64,000 nucleotides of DNA from NCBI RefSeq assembly GCF_009914755.1, contig NC_060943.1. The stretch is one strand, 5' to 3'. Each line of letters begins with the position of its first letter. Position 1 is the first letter of the stretch. The notes under the pieces are model-generated. The model ran no database searches and had not been told where the DNA came from. It was given only the letters and a program-made list of their open reading frames with translations. The translations under genes were made by a program, and so were the position numbers. Of this stretch, positions 53,015-64,000 are shown one piece after another. The DNA is from the human T2T-CHM13v2.0 reference genome, Homo sapiens.

Positions 53015-54370
53015 TTATACGCTTGGTGTTTGAGATTCAGGAATGAACAAAACAGATCCAGTCCCTGCCCTCAACCTAGCTCTTAGTGTAATGATTATGG
53101 GAACAGGGTCAAATAGCAAATCACAAATTATTTCACGACTATTGTGAGACAAGAGTGAGAGCCAAGAGTGGTGGTGCACACCTGTAATCCCAGCTCGAAC
53201 CAGGGAGACAGAGGTTGCAGTGAGCCGAGATCGCACCAATGGCTTAACACAATGGGATTTGGCTTTTCACTCATGTAAATGACCAGTGCGGTTTTCTCTG
53301 GGGCAGAATTTGAATTTTCTCCCCAGGATGACTCAGGGACACCCGCTTCCTCCATTGTGCTCCCATCATGCCCTTGGGCAATGGCGTCCCGTACTTCAAA
53401 CAGCAAGAAAGAAGGAGAAACAGAATATATCTGTGCACTTGCAAAATTTGCTGACACATGTCATTTCTGTCCAGAATTGTTGGCTATAAATAGTGTTATG
53501 AACAGTCACACAATGATGCAACAAGACCAGGGAAAAAGTCCCTTGGTGGGGGTAGCCACTTCCCAGAGGTTCCAATGCTTGCACTGTAAGGGTAAGTACA
53601 GAATTTTTTTTTTTTCTGGTGAGCAGCCACATATTTCTGCCTCACGTGAAAAATAATCTCAAGAAGAAATGTACCTGAGAATGTATAGCCCAGGAGCATG
53701 ATGTTGTGACACCTGATTGATGGACCATGTGGGGTGATTGACTCCCCTGTACTTAGAAGGAAATCAAAACCAAAGGTTCAAGTAATATTAAAGAGAAATA
53801 TTGTCATATTCCCTCTGGAACCCATGCACGTCTTAGCTAACCTGCAGAGAGGAGTAGAAACCACTAGAACTGAAGGAGGCAGCTCTGTGCAAGGGTGACG
53901 GCCTTCTCCCCTCCCAGTTCCCTTAGTTCTGGAGTTCGATGAAGGACGGGGTCCACACGGCCCACTCCGTTTCCTCTTTCTCTGAACCGGGGGTGCAGAA
54001 CCTGAACCCAGACAACCCCTGGGTATGAGTCCGGCCCCAGATCACAGCTGTGGTTTTGGCTGCCGCAGTGACCTTGGCAAAGTCCTGAGTCGTTTGCTGT
54101 TGTGGGTATGATGGACAGCTGCGACGTTTTCCTGGACTCCCACTGAAATCTTTAACTTCAAGATCATCTTCTCCATCCCAACAGAACTCATCAGGCCCAG
54201 AAGGCTCCCAGCCCCAGAGGTTCCCAGAGCTCTTCAGGTGGAATGTTGAGTCTGCACAAGCCAGGATGGTGACTCTGGAGAAGTTCTCCAGAAAAGAATC
54301 AGCATCTAGAGTCTCCTGAGTTCCAGGCCCTTAGAAATTTAGACTCCAGAACCACTGCCAAAGTGACCCC

Positions 54371-54442
54371 CTCAGCCCAGCCCTTCGGTACCCAGCATCC
54401 ACTGTCCTCAGCCCAGCCCTTCCATACCCAGCATCCACTGTC
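54371..54442. repeat. 36-bp tandem duplication
   Basis: ctcagcccagcccttc..tacccagcatccactgtc x2. Confidence 0.85.
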
Positions 54443-55646
54443 CTGGTGGGAGTCCGCTGTGCTGCTCCAAGAAGACAGACCCTCACCATTACCGGAGAGA
54501 CTGACCCTCCTGTGTCCAGGTCCTGTGGCCCAGACTCAGCTCTGGAAGAGAAATCTGGATTTACAATGCTCAGTACGTCGCTCAAAATCTGCACTCGATG
54601 ACGTCTGTAAGCTCTTGGTCCCAGCCTGGGCTGCGAAGCCTGAGGCTTGGGCAGACAATGCCGTCCCGCCGTCATCTCTGCTCCCTCTTCGATCGCTAAG
54701 CTCCCACAGCATTGATCTAACCAGACATGGGCCCAGGGAGAGAGCTGTCTTCCCCACCTCCCAGCCCCAATCCCTCAATCCCTCGCCTGCCGTGCCAAGA
54801 CTGGTCAAGGGAAAGTCCAGGAAGAAAGCATGGTAAGGGGCACCGTGCTGCCTGCGCCCGCCCCGCTGTGCAGAATGCAGAGGCTCAGGATGCGGTGCGC
54901 AGAGACTCAGTCCCAACCGTCTTGTGGCTTCTTACCACGTATCTCCCAGGAAGTCACCATGAGGCTTAGTTCTTCCTTCCCGTGACTGGGGTAAAGGAGA
55001 GAACTGTCTCCTTGGACATCATCATCCATACGCCCGGCCCGAACGTCATCTCTGACCCAAACACCAAATCCAGACGGGCAACCACGGCTGTGGGGTGTGG
55101 AGGGGGAATCTGAACACCAACCTGGAGGTCAGACTTGAAGGAGACGGCGACGCTGCCTTCGCCCCATTCACAATATACGACCTTCGATGGGCCACCTCCC
55201 CAGTGAGGCTTCATCAAGGGGGCTTGGTCAACTTCCTTTTTGTGTGAACGAAAACATACGTTTCCAGGCGCCTATTAAGGGCTTGAGTCTGTGTCAGAGA
55301 CGAGCCACACAAGTCAACGGACCTCACAGTCTAATGTGGAGGGCACACCTCTGACTATTCAAAAGTCATATATAGCATATTAACCGTAGATTTTAACAAA
55401 TTAGCCTTGAAATACCTGCAGTTTGTCACAATGGAAGGCTCACTTCTCACTGGGTGACACGTCCATATGGGGGCCCCCGGTTGGCAGTTGGAGCTCCTCC
55501 ATCAGGTGACTCAGGTGCCCAGATTCTTCCAACTTTGGGGTCCAACCTCCCCTAGAACCTTGGAGTGCTCTGTTACCAGTGAGGGGAAAGAGGAAGAGAG
55601 AGTGGAAAGGGCTCATCCGTGCCTTTTAAATAAAAAATCTGAATGT

Positions 55647-56281
<635 letters not shown>

Positions 56282-56888
56282 TCAACCCTCAGAGCTAACT
56301 CCAGGGAAGCCACCTGCAGTGTGGAGTGGAATTGGGGCTGAGGACTGACGAGCTGGCGACAGGAAGAGCAGCTGGGGGAGACGTGGACCGAGGAGACAGC
56401 TTCTGTGAAAGCCCTAATCAGGAGACAATTTTTCCTGTTGTAAGTTGAGTGGACTCCAGATGGAAAAATAATACGAAGAATATGTGTACTGATTGAGCAG
56501 GAGTCTCTAAAAGGCCAAATAAAGTTTTGGTATTTTACCCTCAAGAGAGTGGGACAGGTTTTGAGCATAAGTATGGCATCATCATATTTTTGTCTAAAAT
56601 GTATCTGTGAGACCACTTCCTGAAGTCAGAATTGCACGAAGCAAAAACAGTAAGAGGTAACGTTTTCTGAGCATTTACTTTATGCCAGACACTGCCCTGA
56701 GTCCCCAGTATGGATAGTTTACTTAATTTTCCCAACAACTTTGGAAAGGTGTTTTCATCACTAGGCTCATTTTAAAGATGAGAACACTGAACTCAGAGGT
56801 TAATTAGTTTGATTAGTGTCATGTATTAACATGCATAATTTCATGGAAGGAACTGGATTTCAACCCAGGAAGAAAGTATGTCCTTACC

Positions 56889-58380
<1,492 letters not shown>

Positions 58381-59726
58381 AATACGGGACATGGTGAAAA
58401 TACTTAACATATGTACAACTGGAATCCCATAAGGGGAAGAAAGACAGAGAAAGAGAAAGGCAGACACGATATTGGAAGGGTTACTGAACAATATTTCCTA
58501 AAATGAATCAAAAACATCAAGCCACACAGTAGATGTCCAGTAGGAACTTAAACCTCACGTGTTTATAACATGTTATAATATAAGTTGCTTATATTCACTC
58601 CCAAATCTCCTCCTCCTAAGGTCTTTCCCATCTCAGTAAATGAGAATTCCAGCCACTAGTTATTTGGGCAAAAAAAAAAAATAAGTGTTACCCTTGACTC
58701 CATGTTTTTCCTCATATCCCACAGCTGTGAGTACATTATCAGACATTTCCCTTTGAAATATCTCCAGAATAGTATCATTTCTCTCCACCTCTTGGAGACC
58801 ACCCGAGCCTGAACCACTGTCTGCTGTACCTGGATCATTGCAAGAGCTTCCTAACTAATCCTTCTTGCATCTAACATTCCTCCTCTATTAATCTGTTCTC
58901 CACACAGTAGCAGAGTTGTCTTGTAAGAAGATAACGATTCTCCCAAGGATCACAGCCAATCAGACACAGCAATGGCTGCTCCAAGCCACAGGGATGCCTG
59001 CTCATGCACCGTGCCAGCCAAGCTCGTTTCTGGAGTTTTGGGTGGGTCGGGATGAGAGAAGACAATAGCTAACTTTATGGCTGTCATTCTGGGAAATCAT
59101 TCCCTTGAGAACAGAGCTTTGTCAAAAGAAGGTGGATTCTACAAAAGATTAAGCAGTAAATGACTCAAAAGATGATCAGGCAATGGGGGAAAATTAGCCA
59201 AGAGCTGATTCCTATGAAATGTTTTATTATTCCTGTGAAATTTTTGCATTAATCAAGACCATGAATTTGGAAGGAGCCCTTCTTGGAGAAGACCTCTTCA
59301 TTGGAAGCAATGGTCCCTGTACAGGTGGCTGAGAGGAACACAACAAAAGCAACGTCCAGGTAGAGCAGGAAGGATGCCCCTCAGGAGCAAGGAGTGGTCA
59401 TCAGGTGAAACCCAAGGTGTCTTCTTAGAGAGTGAAGGTCCCGGGTACCTGCCGCCAGGTCCTAGTGACCAGCCCCCAGAGTGGAAGTACAAGGGTAATG
59501 CCCAGCTACTCACACCGGGGGGTGATGTCCTGGAGAAAGGGCTGACAGCAGCTTACCTGGACTGCTGGCATCATTATCACATGCATGCCACATGCCTTCA
59601 TGAAAATCAAAGTCTCCCTCCAAAGTGCAAGTCCAATTCCATAAAATAAGGCATGCTGATCATAAAATACGATTTGGCAATAAAATGGCAGTATAGCAAA
59701 AGCACTGGCCACTTTGTGTCACTCCT

Positions 59727-60391
59727 TAGTATGGTTTGGATCTGTGTCCCCACCAAATCTCATGTCGAATTGTCATCTCCAGTGTTGGAGGTGGGGACTG
59801 GTGGGAGGTGATTGGCTCATGGGGGTGGCTCCTGCATGAATGGTGGGGACTGGTGGGAGGTGATTGGCTCATGGGGGTGGCTCCTGCGTGAATGGTGGGG
59901 ACTGGTGGGAGGTGATTGGCTCATGGGGGTGGCTTCTGCGTGAATGGTGGGGACTGGTGGGAGGTGACTGGCTCATGGGGGTGGCTCCGGTATGAATGGT
60001 GGGGACTGGTGGGAGGTGATTGGCTCATGGGGGTGGCTCCAGCATGAATGGTTTGTCACCATCCCCTTCGGTGCTGTTCTCACGATAGTGAGTGAGTCCT
60101 CATTAGATGTGGTTGTTTAAAAGTGTATGGCACCTCTCTTCTCTCTCTCTCTCTCCCTCCTGCTCCAGCCATGTAAAGTGTTTGCTCCTCCTTTGCCTTC
60201 CACCATGACTGAAAGCCTCCTGAGGCCTCCCCAGAAGCCAAGCAGAAGCCACTGTGCTTCCTGTACAGCTTGCAGAACCATGAGCCAATTAAACTTCTTT
60301 TCTTTGTAAGTTTCCCAGTGCCAGGTATTTCTTTACAGCAATACAAGAACGGACTAATACAGAAAATTGGCACCCAGGATGGACTAATACA
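59727..60391 (+). mobile_element. MST-type MaLR LTR with internal 52-bp x5 tandem array
   Basis: atggtttggatctgtgtccccaccaaatctcatg...ggactaataca; units start at 59790, 59842, 59894, 59946, 59998. Confidence 0.88.
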
Positions 60392-60499
60392 CTCTTATGC
60401 CCAAAAGCGTTCCAGAACTTCCCACCAAGGTCATATTGACAAGACTTTGCATCTTCTCTCCCCCACCCACCTCTTGGCTTAGCACTCTGATTGTATCTC

Positions 60500-60960
60500 C
60501 TCCCACTTTCCCCTTCGTGACCCTGATCCAGCCACATGGACATCCTTGCTGTTCCTAGAATACACCAAGCATGCATCTGCCTCAGGACCTTTGCATGTGC
60601 CATGCTTTCTGCCTGGAACACTCTTCCCCCAGAGATGCATGGGGCTCACTCTCTGCCTCCTTCACTCTTGACTCCAATATTCCCTTCTCCTTCAGGTCTT
60701 CTTGGACCATCCTATCTAAAGTTGCAACACTCCCTCCAGATTTCATATCACCTCTCACTGCCTTTTTTTCTTTCTTCAGCATATATCACTAATCTTGCAT
60801 ATATTTTATTTATTAATATTGTTTATGATCTGCCCCCCCATTAGAATATATCTCCATGAAGTCATAGATGTTTTTTCTGCAGTGTTTCCTATAGTGTCCC
60901 TGCACCTAGGACAGTCCCTGGCACACAATAGATACTCAATAAATTTTTTTGAATGAATAT
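60500..60960 (+). mobile_element. L2 3' end
   Basis: cctcaggacctttgcatgtgc...cctggcacacaatagatactcaataaa...gaatgaat. Confidence 0.75.
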
Positions 60961-61180
60961 TTGTTGAGTATCTAAAATCTCTAAACTTATGAATGAATAG
61001 ACATATACAGTATATAGGAAGTATAAGGAAGGCTACAAGGGCATGATTACTGAGTACAATTCTAGAAGCCAGATCTCTAGCTTTTAATTATGGTTGTACC
61101 AGTTATAAGCTTTGTGACTTTAGAGTAAGTTTATTAACCTCTCTGTTCCTCTACTTCTTCCTCTGTAAAAAAAATTTTTC

Positions 61181-64000
<2,820 letters not shown>

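Noticed and set aside
54966-55217. 83-aa ORF as a novel small protein
   Set aside because: No recognisable motif or exon structure, and the length is within chance for GC-rich DNA.

Overview
Human genomic DNA from the leukocyte receptor complex (LRC, 19q13.42), identified from the encoded proteins. Two intact minus-strand genes reconstruct exactly from GT-AG junctions: LILRA4/ILT7 (8 coding exons, 16864->11343, 1500 nt = 499 aa) and LAIR1/CD305 (10 coding exons, 44316->34782, 864 nt = 287 aa). LAIR1 also has a probable alternative first exon (MEREM, 49789-49774). LILRA4 is flanked by three LILR relics: a four-Ig-domain pseudogene (about 6.0-9.6 kb), an inhibitory LILRB-type D4/stalk fragment (about 9.6-10.7 kb) and a degenerate LILRA-type TM exon (about 19.2 kb). 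The rest is mostly repeats: about 45 Alus including an AluYb8, solo LTR13 and LTR7-family LTRs each inserted into an Alu, MaLR LTRs, old L1/L2/MIR/Tigger pieces, and a 2-kb 30-bp VNTR with a 672-bp higher-order duplication. Nearly all other ORFs in the track are repeat artefacts. I see no wholly new gene system. The best lead is a latent LAIR2-type secretory terminal exon inside LAIR1 intron 4. It has an in-phase acceptor and downstream poly(A) signals, appears L2-derived, and is followed by a CpG-rich patch with a CTCF motif. Together these could form a receptor-versus-soluble-decoy switch. Repeat subfamily names and paralogue comparisons come from recalled sequences, not searches. Repeat boundaries are approximate.
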